A stretch of 64,000 bases of DNA from NCBI RefSeq assembly GCF_009914755.1, contig NC_060934.1; one strand, 5' to 3'. The notes below the pieces were generated by a model, which saw only the letters and a program-made list of their open reading frames with translations, searched no databases and was not told where the DNA came from. Of the stretch, positions 15,761 to 27,860 are shown one piece after another. Positions within the stretch are counted from its first letter, which is position 1. Each line of letters starts with the position of its first letter. Origin of the DNA: the human T2T-CHM13v2.0 reference genome, Homo sapiens. The position numbers and the translations under genes are program-made.

Positions 15761-16155
15761 TAAGAAAATGTGGCACATATACACCATGGAATACTATGCA
15801 GCCATAAAAAATGATGAGTTCATGTCCTTTGTAGGGACATGGATGAAATTGGAAATCATCATTCTCAGTAAACTATTGCAAGAACAAAAAACCAAACACT
15901 GCATATTCTCACTCATAGGTGGGAATTGAACAATGAGAACACATGGACACAGGAAGGGGAACATCACACTCTGGGGACTGTTGTGGGGTAGGGGGAGGGG
16001 GGAGGGATAGCATTAGGAGATATACCTAATGCTAGATGACGAGTTAGTGGGTGCAGCGCACCAGCATAGCACATGTATACATATGTAACTAACCTGCACA
16101 TTGTACACATGTACCCTGAAACTTAAAGTATAATAATAATAAAATTAAAAAAAAA
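15761..16155 (+). mobile_element. 5'-truncated young L1 (L1PA2-4-like)
   Basis: Near-consensus L1 3'UTR with G-rich tract, GATGACGAGTTAG and polyA. Confidence 0.92.
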
Positions 16156-17324
16156 GAAAGGTAACTACTATTCATGTTGAAATGCACCAGGCTTCATTAC
16201 ACCCTCGTAAGTATCCCAATTGTATTTCAGTGATTAAAATCCCTTAAAATTAGATATATTCTCACACCACACTAAAAAAAAATCTATGCTGTTGAGTTAA
16301 TGCAGGAAATCTGACAGCTCAGGCACCTTCACTCTCAATACTTTTACTTTCAGGTGTATATATCATGGTTGTAATACTATATTTACATGATTATTAGATT
16401 TATCTGTAGCTTTCCAAGAGCAAAGCCATGTCTAGTTTTGCCTGCAAATGGGTGCTCAGGAGGTATTTACCTACTGAAGGAATGAATTTGGCATTCTTGA
16501 GAGAGTAAGTAACTCTTCTCCACTGACTCAAATGTCTATTTGTTGTTTAATGCATTGACTTAGGATTTTAGTTAAGCTGATATGGCCAAGCCAATGTCTC
16601 CAAGTTCACGAACACTGAGAACAGAACACACACTTCAGGATCATCCCAGCGGCTGTGTCGGCTGCGGAGGCTGAGAGGCACACAAGTCCTCTGACATTTG
16701 ACTCTGCCATCTTGATACTACCCTTTTGAACTAGTGGATGGTTAATGTCCTTGCTTATGTCTTAATCAGAATTTTAACAAATTTCACCAAATGTTGTTAC
16801 ACAATCCTTTCTGCATAAACTCCATTAATCAAATTAAATGCTATGGTCAATTTTAAATAACCATTTTCATTTTTTTCATTCCTTCTATTTTTTTCCATTG
16901 GGAGTCATTCTTTTTTAGTAAATGTTACAGCAAAGATATTATTTGCTAATGAATGTTTTTGCCCAAGTCAGATTTTATAAATAAATTCTTCTTCCATAAA
17001 TTTTTGTGGTCACTACTTCTCCCACATCCAGCTTTGTTTACAGAATATGGGACAAGTATATTTGACAAATCTAAATTTTACCAAGAAAACCTCACTGTTC
17101 CCTTAATTTTTACCTAACACTAAACTTCACTTTATACCTTGTGCAGCTTTAGCCACTGTTAGCTTTATTTGGAACTATTTTAATATTAATATTCATTATG
17201 AAATGGTTAAAAGACAAAACGTTTGTAATTTATTTTTCTGTAGTATTAGCAAAAGCATTTGAGCCAAGTGTCCAATAGGGTCAAAAAAAAAAAAAGAAAG
17301 AAAGAAAAGGTTAAAATATCCTTG

Positions 17325-17483
17325 GGCTGGGCACAATGGCTCATGCCCACTGAGGCAGGAAGATAAGCTTGAGCCCAGGAGTTTGAGGCTGCAGCAAGCT
17401 ATGATGGTGCCACTGCATTCCAGCCTGGGTGAAAGAGTGAGACCTCCATCTCTAAAATTTAAAAAAAAAAAAAAAAAAAAAAA
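17325..17483 (+). mobile_element. Alu monomer (FLAM-like)
   Basis: Single Alu arm with long polyA. Confidence 0.8.
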
Positions 17484-17743
17484 GGTTTAATGTCCTTGGA
17501 CTCAAAACAAGGAGCCCCGACAGAGAGGCTGTAGCTCTCCATAATGTCTGTTGCATTGAATCTATGACTGTTGTCCTATTAATTAGTACGGTTAATCAAG
17601 TTTGGCCAATGGTTTCTTAGTGAAAGAGTACACTAGCTCTGAATGCAATGCCCTCAGAAAGATATCATTCATAGAGACATACAAAGCACATGGCAACATG
17701 ACATTGGAATACACGATTCTGAGCATCTTCATTCATGACCAAC

Positions 17744-17854
17744 CTGGCTATAGATTTCAGATGTCCTCTTGGCTCGAAGGATATCTGGGATATCCATGCT
17801 CACTTGCATTCCTTTCCCTTTAATTTCATTTTCTAAGTCCTTCTTGTATTGTTT
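17744..17854 (-). CDS. NEBL: NEBL exon (approx. exon 16), 111 nt: KQYKKDLENEIKGKGMQVSMDIPDILRAKRTSEIYSQ
   Basis: TTTTAG acceptor, GTTGGT donor; only a 166-nt intron separates it from the previous exon. Confidence 0.95.
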
Positions 17855-18020
17855 CTAAAAGAACAGAAAATAATCTTAGAGCTTTGCTTAAGCTTTAATA
17901 GCGATGTTGAAATTTACATGTTTGAATCTCAAAGCCACCCATGTGGAAAGAAAACTTATGCTCTTTCCAGCTATGATTCACGGCATTTATTTTAAACTTT
18001 GTATCTTGCTGCTGTCTTAC

Positions 18021-18131
18021 CTGGCTGGCCATCTCGGATGCTTTCTTAGCTCTCTGGACATCAAGAGTGTCTGTGCTCACCTGCATCCCTTTCCCTTTAA
18101 TTTCAGTCTCCAGATCTCTTTTATAGTCTTT
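18021..18131 (-). CDS. NEBL: NEBL exon (approx. exon 15), 111 nt: KDYKRDLETEIKGKGMQVSTDTLDVQRAKKASEMASQ
   Basis: TTTCTGCAG acceptor, GTAAGA donor; within ORF 17895..18167. Confidence 0.95.
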
Positions 18132-18537
18132 CTGCAGAAAATGAAACATACAGTTAGTGCTCTCCAATCATTTGAGAAACTGCTCAAAAATCGAGATGTC
18201 ATTTTGACATTAAGACCATGTCTTTTGGAATGAAGTTGAATCCTTATTTCTTTTATTTCTATAGAATAATAGAGTTTTTACTTGTGGTAGGAATACGACT
18301 TAGTATAACTTATTCACCAGTAATCAGAACAATTTTTTTCAGCTAATCTGAATTAAGAAGAAGAAAAAACACAGCTAGCCAAGGGGAAAATTTAACATTT
18401 CAATATGATAAACTTGATATATTATTGGGTCATATATGGCTTAGTTAAGTGTCAGTCAAGAGTGATTGTAAAATTGCTGTTTTTCACTCTGTAGTGAATA
18501 AGTGTTGGTTGCTTCTCTGGAATCCACCCCTTTTTTC

Positions 18538-18773
18538 CCCTTCATTGGCTCCCTAATTTGCCACTAGACAACTCAATGTTCCCACTCCTAAACCATCCAG
18601 CTTCGGTGAGACTGGCTCAAATCTCTGGACTTAGCTGGGCTTAAATAAATCATTATTCCCTTCACTGGCTCTCTGATTTGCCACTGGACAAGTCAATGTT
18701 CCCCACTCCTAAACCATCCAGAAACTGGCCCAAGTCTCTGGGATCTGCTGGACTCAATAAATCATTATACCCC
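18538..18773. repeat. Two-copy ~120-bp tandem duplication
   Basis: TTCAyTGGCT...CCCACTCCTAAACCATCCAG...AATAAATCATTAT occurs at both 18541 and 18661. Confidence 0.85.
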
Positions 18774-19669
18774 ATCACCCACACTGCAGAATTGGTTCTG
18801 GGATGCATGCATCTTTTTTTCCATATAAGAGCTGCTGGAAGCCTCTTTGCAAACAAGAATGTCTACCTAAGAACTGCAAGCTGAAACTATATCTCATTAT
18901 TTGAGTCCTAGATCAAGCCGTGCCTAGGAATTTCTCTACTATTCAATCATAAGAACAACAAATAAGTTATCTCTGTTTTTTTTTTAAGCCAGTGGGAAAT
19001 GGATTACCAATTGCTTACAAGATAGTCATAATTACATAGACACACATGTCTTTAGGGACTTCTGTCACATTTGAAAACTGATTATAAAATTCAGAAAGCT
19101 GTACATATATAAATTTGCTTTTTCTATATGTATATTATTCTTCAAAGAAAAATGTTATTAAAAAAAACTATTAACTATAGCCAATTAAATTTGCTTTAAA
19201 ACAATTATTTCTTATTATGCTGACACACTCCAGATTTGTAGATTCTCTGCTGCAAAGTAAATGTTGATTTGCTTATTAGGAGATCCTCAAATTTAGGTAA
19301 GTGGTAAACAAAAATCTCAGTCTTGGAGTATTTTGCCTCCTATCTTCCACTCATAATCCTTCCTGTTTTTACTGACTTACACTCCCAGTATCACTTTTCT
19401 AAATAAAAGTTTACATAATTATGTTTAACTTTCAAAATATTAATATTCAATTATTACTATGTCTACAAAAAGCACTCTGTTTTAGTCAGCCTGTTCAAAG
19501 CCCCAAAATGAAATGTTTCATTTGAAGGCCAACAAATATGATGAAACTGAGGCACTGATAACAGACAGCCACCAAGGTCTGATGGTAAAAGGATGTAACA
19601 ATTTTTTAATATGAACTTTCAAATGTAAATGTGTTCTAAAGCACATAGACTACATTAGACACCCTTTGC

Positions 19670-19890
19670 ATCAGTTATTTGTTGTCTGCATAACAAAACA
19701 CACCAAAACTTAGCAGGTTTAAAACAACATGGCGGCATCTACATTCCAAGAGGGCAAACCCTAATGCAGAAGTGTGTTTATAGTCTGAGTCACATTTGCT
19801 GATGTCTCATTGGCTAAAGAAAGTCACATGGTCAAGCCCAGAGATATGGGAAGGCTTGACTCTTGAGGGTCATTTGTGTCACAATAAGAT
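19670..19890. mobile_element. MaLR (MLT1-like) LTR fragment
   Basis: CAGTTATTT...GCATAACAAAACAC...AAAACTTAG and CATTGGCTAAAG..AAGTCACATGG motifs. Confidence 0.55.
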
Positions 19891-20225
19891 CCATTGACTT
19901 TATTTGAAAAATAAACTTTTGATATTAAAAATAAACTATGGCAAAGTCCCGAACATTGGTTGAAAATGATCTGAGCCTGTCATTTAGGCAAAATGGGACA
20001 TGACTATGATTATATGCAAATGAGATTTTTATTATTATTATTTGGGGGGTTTTTATTGACTAAGATTCTCAGCCTGAGAGTGGAGACTTCACCAGAGCCA
20101 CGTGAATCAATTTACACTGGATGTGACTGGAAACCATTAAAGAATTGCATGTGAGGAGAGTAACAAAATTTCATTTAATTGCCTCAAGGATTCTTCTCCT
20201 GCTGGGTTAAGAATGTCTACTAGGA

Positions 20226-20324
20226 CCCTGGAGGCAGAGCTTGCAGTGAGCCGAGATTGCACCACTGCACTCCAGCCTGGGCGACAGAGCGAGACTCCGT
20301 CTCAAAAAAAAAAAAAAAGAAAAA
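20226..20324 (+). mobile_element. 5'-truncated AluY-like fragment with TSD
   Basis: GAGCTTGCAGTGAGCCGAGAT...; TSD AAGAATGTCTACTAGGA on both sides. Confidence 0.88.
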
Positions 20325-22060
20325 AAGAATGTCTACTAGGAAGGCAATAATAGCAGAATTCTGGTTAGGAAGCTATGGCAATGATCTAGAGGATAGAGAT
20401 AGTGGCTTAGGACTAGGGTGGCAAGAAAGATGGATTTAGACCACCACTATGGGGGTGGCATCAATAAAGTATGCTGATGACAGGAATCAAAGTGACTTCT
20501 ATGCTTTGGTTGGCGCCATTTGAAGATTGGGGAAAGCTAACCTAGGGGAAAATTAGGGATTCTAGTTTTGGCCTGTAACGTTGAGATCCCATTATACATT
20601 TCCCTTGCAGACAACAAAAGATAAATGGTCACATATTCACATCCATGTTACAGAACACTTAATTTTTCTATAAGAATGAGGTAGACCTATATGAAGGAAC
20701 ATGGAAAAAAATCCTTAATATAAAGTGAGAAAACAATCAACCACTTAAATGGGGTCTGACCCCATTTAAGATTTTTTTAAGTCGCTGTGTGTACATGTGT
20801 ATGTTTATCTATATAAACACAAAATAGATTTGGAAGGTTCCATAACAAACTTATAACAATGACTATCTCTCAGGACGAGAACAGAAGTAGGAAAGGGATA
20901 AAGCAGGTTTTCAAGTTCCTCATGCTCCTGGCCGTCCACCCCTGGCCACCACTTCAAAATGGAACACTTATTGATCAGGAAACCTATACCATCTCCACTT
21001 CCTTTGTCTTATTCAATCATGGCAATCCCATTTCCCTGGCCAGTGCCTAACTCTGGGGATGTCAGTCATTTTCAAAACAACAGTAACTTCCCTAGCAGCT
21101 AAGCAGCTACCTCTGGCCTTCCAGATTTCCTGTAAGGTGTCAGTCCTGAGTCAGCTCTTCCTAAGTGCAAAGATCACACAACAGGTCTCAGGATACTCCA
21201 CTGAAGCCCCCACCTAACCAACCTTGAGATAAGTGAACAGGACCCCTTCACCTGCACCCCGATTTTTTCTTCACATACACTTTTTATAAAATCATCACAT
21301 CCCAAAGCTTCTTTACTCCAGTGATCCTTTTATATTCTCAGATTTTCTGGGGAAGTTCAAGAGGTGTAGAGAAAGTTCTAGGGTATTTCCTTTGAAAAAT
21401 ATGCATATGGTCTGACTCCTACAACCTTGTGATGTGATACCCAGCCTGTCACAGAATTTAAGACAAAACTTCTAAATCAATATCCTGTATCCCATGAAGA
21501 AAAAACTGGTGTTATCAGATGAATGAACATGGTCGTTCAGGTTATATCAGACCTCCATCCAAAATGCTGACTGTGTAGAAATTTCATGCGTGCTGATCAT
21601 GTCAACAAAGGCTATTTTAAGAACATGCAATCAGACAGGAATGACTATTGTTCTCATGTAAAGTGTCCATATATGAAGTTCTGCTCAGAAATTTGGAAAT
21701 ACAGATATGCCAAGCAGCACATGATCCATTAAAAAATACCATGAAAACATTTATCATAGCCTAGATTACCATTAAATCTGTTGTATTCTGAAATAAGGTG
21801 TGCAGGGGAGTGCATGTGTGCATGTGTGTCTGTTCAATTAAAATGCCTTCCACCAAGCTTTCTTGATATATTGGAAGGATATGAGCAAAGCAAAAACTGT
21901 AATTTTTCAAACTGGCATAATGCTTCGGAATAGTCTCCATTCCAAACTGTTAAACCAGCTGCAATGCTTTGAGAAATTCCATATAGTAATCAAGTTGCTA
22001 ATACGATTTGTTAGGTTCCAAAATATGAGTCTTAAGGCCTGCATCACGCACCCTACTAAC

Positions 22061-22171
22061 CTCACTCGCTATCTCTGCAGCCTTCTTGGCATGCTGCATT
22101 TCAAGGGTGTCAGTGCCAGCTTGCATTCCTTTCCCTTTAATTATTGACTCCAGGTCTTTCTTGTATTCTTT
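22061..22171 (-). CDS. NEBL: NEBL exon (approx. exon 14), 111 nt: KEYKKDLESIIKGKGMQAGTDTLEMQHAKKAAEIASE
   Basis: TTTTGCAG acceptor, GTTAGT donor; within ORF 21998..22234. Confidence 0.95.
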
Positions 22172-22778
22172 CTGCAAAAGACAACATTTTACAACATTCA
22201 AACACTCAGTGGGCAAACATGCATCTGCAGTCAATGATACTAAAAAAAAAATAGTTAGACATATTTTACAAAAGAGGTAACAAAGCTCCTTGAGTACTAT
22301 GAATGATCACTCACAACTAACTTCTGAACTGCTTAGAATGATAATCTCATTCTCACTGAAGAAGGGCATGCAAAGCTCCAAAAATGTTTAGTATACAAAG
22401 GCAATTGCCATGTGAAAATCTTCACTGACAATTTTCTTTGGGGCTGGAGGATAGGGAGGTGGGTGTAAATGAGCTGCTGTTGTACAAAACAGATGAACTT
22501 AGAAGCCAGAGCATTCACCAGCTGTATGACACTGAGAATTCTTAACCTTTCCAGTTTACTCATCTGCAAAATGAAGGTAGTAATGCAAGCATACCTCATT
22601 TTTATTGTGCTTTGTAGATATTGCATTTTTTTTTACAAACTGAAGGTTTGTGGCAACTCTGCTTGTCAAGCAAGCCTATCGGTGCTATTTTTCCAACAGT
22701 ATGTGCTTACATGGTGTCTCGGTGTCACATTTTGGTAATACAATATTTCAAACTGTTATGGTGCTTTGTGATCAGTGA

Positions 22779-23083
<305 letters not shown>

Positions 23084-23095
23084 TGATGTTACTAT

Positions 23096-23437
23096 TGAGA
23101 CAGACAGATAGGAGGGGGTCACTGGCAAAACTCCAACTGGCCTGTGCACTGGGAAGAGCATGCGCTGGGGTGGAGCCACAGAAGTTCCGGCAGTTTGCAA
23201 GAGGGAGGAGCCTGGCCTCTCCTATTCCTGTGTGGAACCTGGGATTCAAACTGTGAGGTGGGAAGCACTCTAGCAGGGACTCTGGCCTTGCAGAGAGTCC
23301 CTGTTTCCCCCTTTTCTTCCTTTACACCCAATAAAACTCTGCTTTACTCACCCTTCAAACTCTCTGCAAGCCTAAATTTTCATGGCCATGGGACAAGGAC
23401 CCTGTCTTTAGCTGAACCAAGAAGAAGTCCTGCAACA
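23096..23437 (+). mobile_element. Solo ERV1 LTR (MER61-like) inserted in Tigger1
   Basis: TG...CA termini, 4-bp TSD CTAT, AATAAA signal; resembles the recalled MER61 consensus. Confidence 0.8.
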
Positions 23438-25949
23438 CTATTGTAATTGTTGGGAGATGCCACCAAATGCACCCCTATAAGTCAGTGAACTTAATCGAGA
23501 AATGTTGTGTGTGTTCTGGCTGCTCCACTGATCAGCCGTTCCTCTATCTCTTTCCCTCTCTTTGGGCTTCCCTATTCCCTAAGTCAAAACAATATTGAAA
23601 TTGGGCCGATTAGTAACCCTACAATGGCCCCTAGATGGTCAAGTAAACAGAAGAGACGTGCTTTAAGTCAAAAGCTAGAAATGACTGAGCTTAGTGAGGA
23701 AAGGATGTCAAAAGCCAACACAGGCCCAAAGCTAGGACTCTTGTGCCAAACAGTTATTCGAGTTGTGAATGCCAAGGAAAAGTTCTTGAAGGAAATTAAC
23801 AGTGCTACCCCAGTGAACACATGAATTATAAGAATGTGAAACAACCCTATTGCTGATATAGAGAAAGTTTTAGTGGTCTGAATAGGTCAAACCAGACAAA
23901 ACATTCCAGACACAACATCCCCTTAAACCAAACCTAATCCAGAACAAGGCCCTAACCCTCCTCATTTCTGTGAAGGCTGAGAGAGGTGAAGAAGCTGCAC
24001 AAGAAAAGTTGGAAACTAGCAGAGGTTGGTTCATGAGGTTTAAGGAAAGAAGCCATCTCCATCATATGAAAGTGCAAGGTGAAGCAGCAAGTGCTGATGG
24101 AGAAGCCACAGCAAGTCACCCAGAAGATCTAGCTAAGATAATTAATGAAGGTAGCTACACTAAACAACAGATTTTTGATGCAGACAAACCAGCCTTCTAT
24201 TGGAAAAAGATGCCATCTAGGACTTCCATAGCTAGTGAGGAGAAGTCAATGTCTGCTTCAATTCTTCAAAGGACAAGCTGACTCTTATTAGGGTCTAACA
24301 CAGCTGCTGACTTTAAGTTGCAGCCAATGCTCATTTACCATTCTGGAAATCCTAGGGTCTTTAAGAATTATGCTAAATCTACTCTGCCTATGCTTTATAA
24401 ATGGAATAACAAAGCCTGGATGACAGCACATTTGTTTAAAGTATGGTTTACTGAATATTTGAAGCCCACTGCCAAAACCTAATGTTCATAAAAGAAAGAC
24501 TCCTTGAAAATATTAATGTTCAGTTACAATGCACCTGGTCACCAAACAGTTCTGATAGAAATGTATAAGGATATTCATGTTTTCGAGCCTGCTACTCAAC
24601 ATCCATTCTGCAGCCCATGGATCAAGGAAAATTTTTACTTTCAAGGCTTATTATTTAAGAAATACATTTCATAGGGCTATACCTGTCATAGATGGTGATT
24701 CCTCTGATGAATCTGGGCAAAGTAAATTGAAAACCTTCTGAAAAAGATTCACCACTCTACATGCCATTAAGAAGATTAGTGATTCATGAGAGAAGTACAA
24801 AATATCAACATTAATAGAAGTTTGGAAGAAGTTGATTTCAACTCTCATGGATGACTTTGAGGGGTTCAAGACTTCAGTGGAGGAAGCAACTGCAGATGCA
24901 GTGGAAATAGCAAGAGAACTAGAATTAGAAGTGGAACTTGAAAATGTGACTGAACTGCTGCCATCTCATAATCAAACTTGAATGGATAAGGAGTTGCTTC
25001 CAATGGACAAGCAAAGAATGTGGTTTCTGAAGATCAAATCCTTGTGAAGATGCTGTGATCATTATTGAAATAACAACAAAAGATTTAGGATACTACAAAA
25101 ACTTTGTCATTAAAGCAGCAATGGGTTTGAGAGGTTGGTCTCTAATCTTGAAAGTTCTACTGTGGGTAAAATATATCAACAACATCACATGCTACAGAGA
25201 AATCTTTCATGAGAGGAAGAGGCAATTAATGTGGCAAACTTCATTGTCATCTTATTTTAAGGAATGGCCACAGTCAACCCAACCTTCAGCAGCCACCATC
25301 CTGATCAGTCGGCAGCCATCAATATAGAGACAAGACCCTCCGCCAGTGAAAAGATTACCACTTGCTGAAGGATCAGATGATCATTAGCACTATTATAAAT
25401 AAAGTACTTTAAATTAAGATATGGATGTATTTTGAACATAAGCCTATTGCATACTTCTTAGACTACAGTATGGTATAAACATAACATGTATATGTATGGA
25501 GAAACCAAAAAGTTCATGCGAATCACTTTATTGTGATATTTGCTTTATTAGAGTGGTCTGGAACCGAACCCATAGTATCTCCACAGTGTGTCTGTACCTC
25601 CATGTAGGATCCATTGTGAGGATCAATGACAGTGCATAGCACAGAGGAGATGATCAACACCTGACACCTTCTTCCAGTTTTTCAATCTTATTCTCCTAGG
25701 CCGGTTCTTCCTTCTCCTAATAAGGCCTAATTAATGCTGCTCCTGCCGCCATCCTGCCATTCAACTGCATCTGTCTGTACTTTGCCATTGAGAGAATAAA
25801 ACAACTTTTACACATGCTACTGACAAGTAATTACAAGACAATCTCTGCATGTGGATTGGACATGTCACGGCAACAGAAGAATTTGCAGAAAATGACTAAT
25901 GTAGGGTTAATGTGATGACAATGTTAGCCACAGACCTCACCAGGGGCAC

Positions 25950-26632
25950 GTGTTGTTTATGGCTGACCAGCATCCATTCCTCCTCCTTCTGGCAAAAAGC
26001 TCCATGATTTCCTTTTGGGAAATGACCTCTAAGTTCTCTCAATCCATACCCTTGGGAAGGATTGATTTCCATCACCTCCCTAGTCCCCACATATATTTTT
26101 AATTCTACTAAAGTGCCTTTTAAATGTTTCCTTTATTTAAAGAATGTGAATATAGCTGAGATTAAGGTCATGTTTTAAACACATAAAAATTTAGAATGTT
26201 TTCTATAAGACACTGTTAAACTACCTCAACAAATGGGTGACCATGAGAGGATAATCAGCACATTCTACTCCCCCAATCCCAGACACAATGATTATGCCAG
26301 GTGTAAGCACAGGATAGAGATTAATCCAAGGAGATTCAAACCTAAGACTTTGATTGGAACTATAAAAAGGGATGTTCACTTCCCATTGGGATTACTGGCC
26401 ATAGATATGAGTTATCCTTTTATTAAGTGGGTTCATTGCATGGAGACAGCCTTCCAGAAGCAAAGCCAATAGTGAAGATAACAGAACCAAGAGATGGAGG
26501 AAGAGAGACATCATCTGAATTCTACCTTGACAGTAACTCAATCTTCGGATTTTCTATTCCATGAGTGAAGACATCTCCTTTGATGCCTACCCTAGTTTGA
26601 GTTGGGTTTCTGTCATTTGTAACCTAAGAGTC
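25950..26632 (+). mobile_element. Old MaLR (MLT1-like) LTR remnants
   Basis: CCAGCATCCATTCC...; 3' end GTTTGAGTTGGGTTTCTGTCATTTGTAACC. Confidence 0.65.
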
Positions 26633-26674
26633 ACCATCACCATCGTCATCGCTATCATCATCATCATTATCATC
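26435..26674. repeat. Left arm of ~235-bp inverted repeat (partner 28159-28392)
   Basis: Manual reverse-complement alignment, ~90% identity; ORFs 26561(+) and 28078(-) give near-identical peptides. Confidence 0.95.
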
Positions 26675-27286
26675 AGAGTTTCAAAATATGGGGACAAGGC
26701 TTTAAGCTCTTTCACTGCTAAATTCAGCCAAAGTCTCTTAAAAGCACAGTGACACCATATGACCCAAAGTAATGACATAATACAAGGATTACAGGACTGA
26801 AAACACTTCAGAGACATTTCAGTTCTCCTTATAAAGTGCATGAAAAGTGAGCAGAAACCACTTTCATTTGATAAAGAGGCTGAATAAGGTTCAAACAGCA
26901 GCCCAGGGCAAGACTGGGAGAGTCAGTTGGGTTATGAGTGGCAAAGCATGTGAACTTTCTACCTGCAGTTACTGATGGACCATAATAACATACCTTCCCA
27001 ATCATCTGCCTTTTACCTGCTTAAAAGATGAAGTTAAATCTCATTAAACTATTTTCGTTTATTATATGGATTTTCTCCAAAGTGGGGAAACGGCCATTTT
27101 TTTCACATCACATAGAAAGGGGATTTTAAAAAAAATTAATAGTCCAAGAAAAGACTACAAGGATATAGCTGTTTACAATCACTTACATATAAAAGTTATA
27201 GATGTATAGAACCTTTGAGAAAGATTGACAAATAAGAAAGTCAGCTAAAAACATATTCATCTAAGGTGTTAAATAAACATACTCAC

Positions 27287-27397
27287 CTCACTTGCCATTT
27301 CAGAGGCTCGCTTTGCTCTTTGGATATCAAGAACTTCTGAATTAAGTTCCATTCCTTTCCCTTTTATCTCATTTTCCAAATCTTTTTTATATTCTTT
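27287..27397 (-). CDS. NEBL: NEBL exon (approx. exon 13), 111 nt: KEYKKDLENEIKGKGMELNSEVLDIQRAKRASEMASE
   Basis: TAG acceptor, GTGAGT donor. Confidence 0.95.
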
Positions 27398-27860
27398 CTA
27401 TGAGACAAGAATATCACAGTTCAAAACTTAGCAGGAATCACTTTATTCAGTGTGCTATTCTACATGTTTTCTAGAGATCACAGAAATGAGAAAATATTAC
27501 TAGGAAGGAATGAATCACACAGCTAAGTATTCATGCTTTTTTCCTACAGACACTTCATTTTCCCCTCTACCAAGTTCAGAGTGGCTTCCAATATTTTCAG
27601 CCTTTTCCTTTTCATACTTTCTGTCAATATGTTTTGGTACCATAGTGGATTTTTTTTAAAGACATCTTCTCTTTCAATGGTGAGGAAGATCTTAAGAACA
27701 CGTGTTCCTTATTAATTGTTAAAACTATTTTTGAAAGTTCTATAAAACATGCATTACCAAAAAAGAACATGGTTGCAAAAGAATGGAAAATTACAAAATC
27801 AAAAGGAGTGATGTAGCCAAAGGTTTTTTTTAAAGTTTAAAAAGTGAGCAGAAACCACTT

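Noticed and set aside
17602-18233. Plus-strand ORFs overlapping exons 15 and 16 (also 9706, 22086, 38940, 55072, 56237)
   Set aside because: Antisense shadows of NEBL exons with no independent gene structure.
23507-25327. Transposase-like ORFs as a possible domesticated TIGD gene
   Set aside because: They are fragments of a Tigger1 copy broken by stops and frameshifts, with no continuous ORF.
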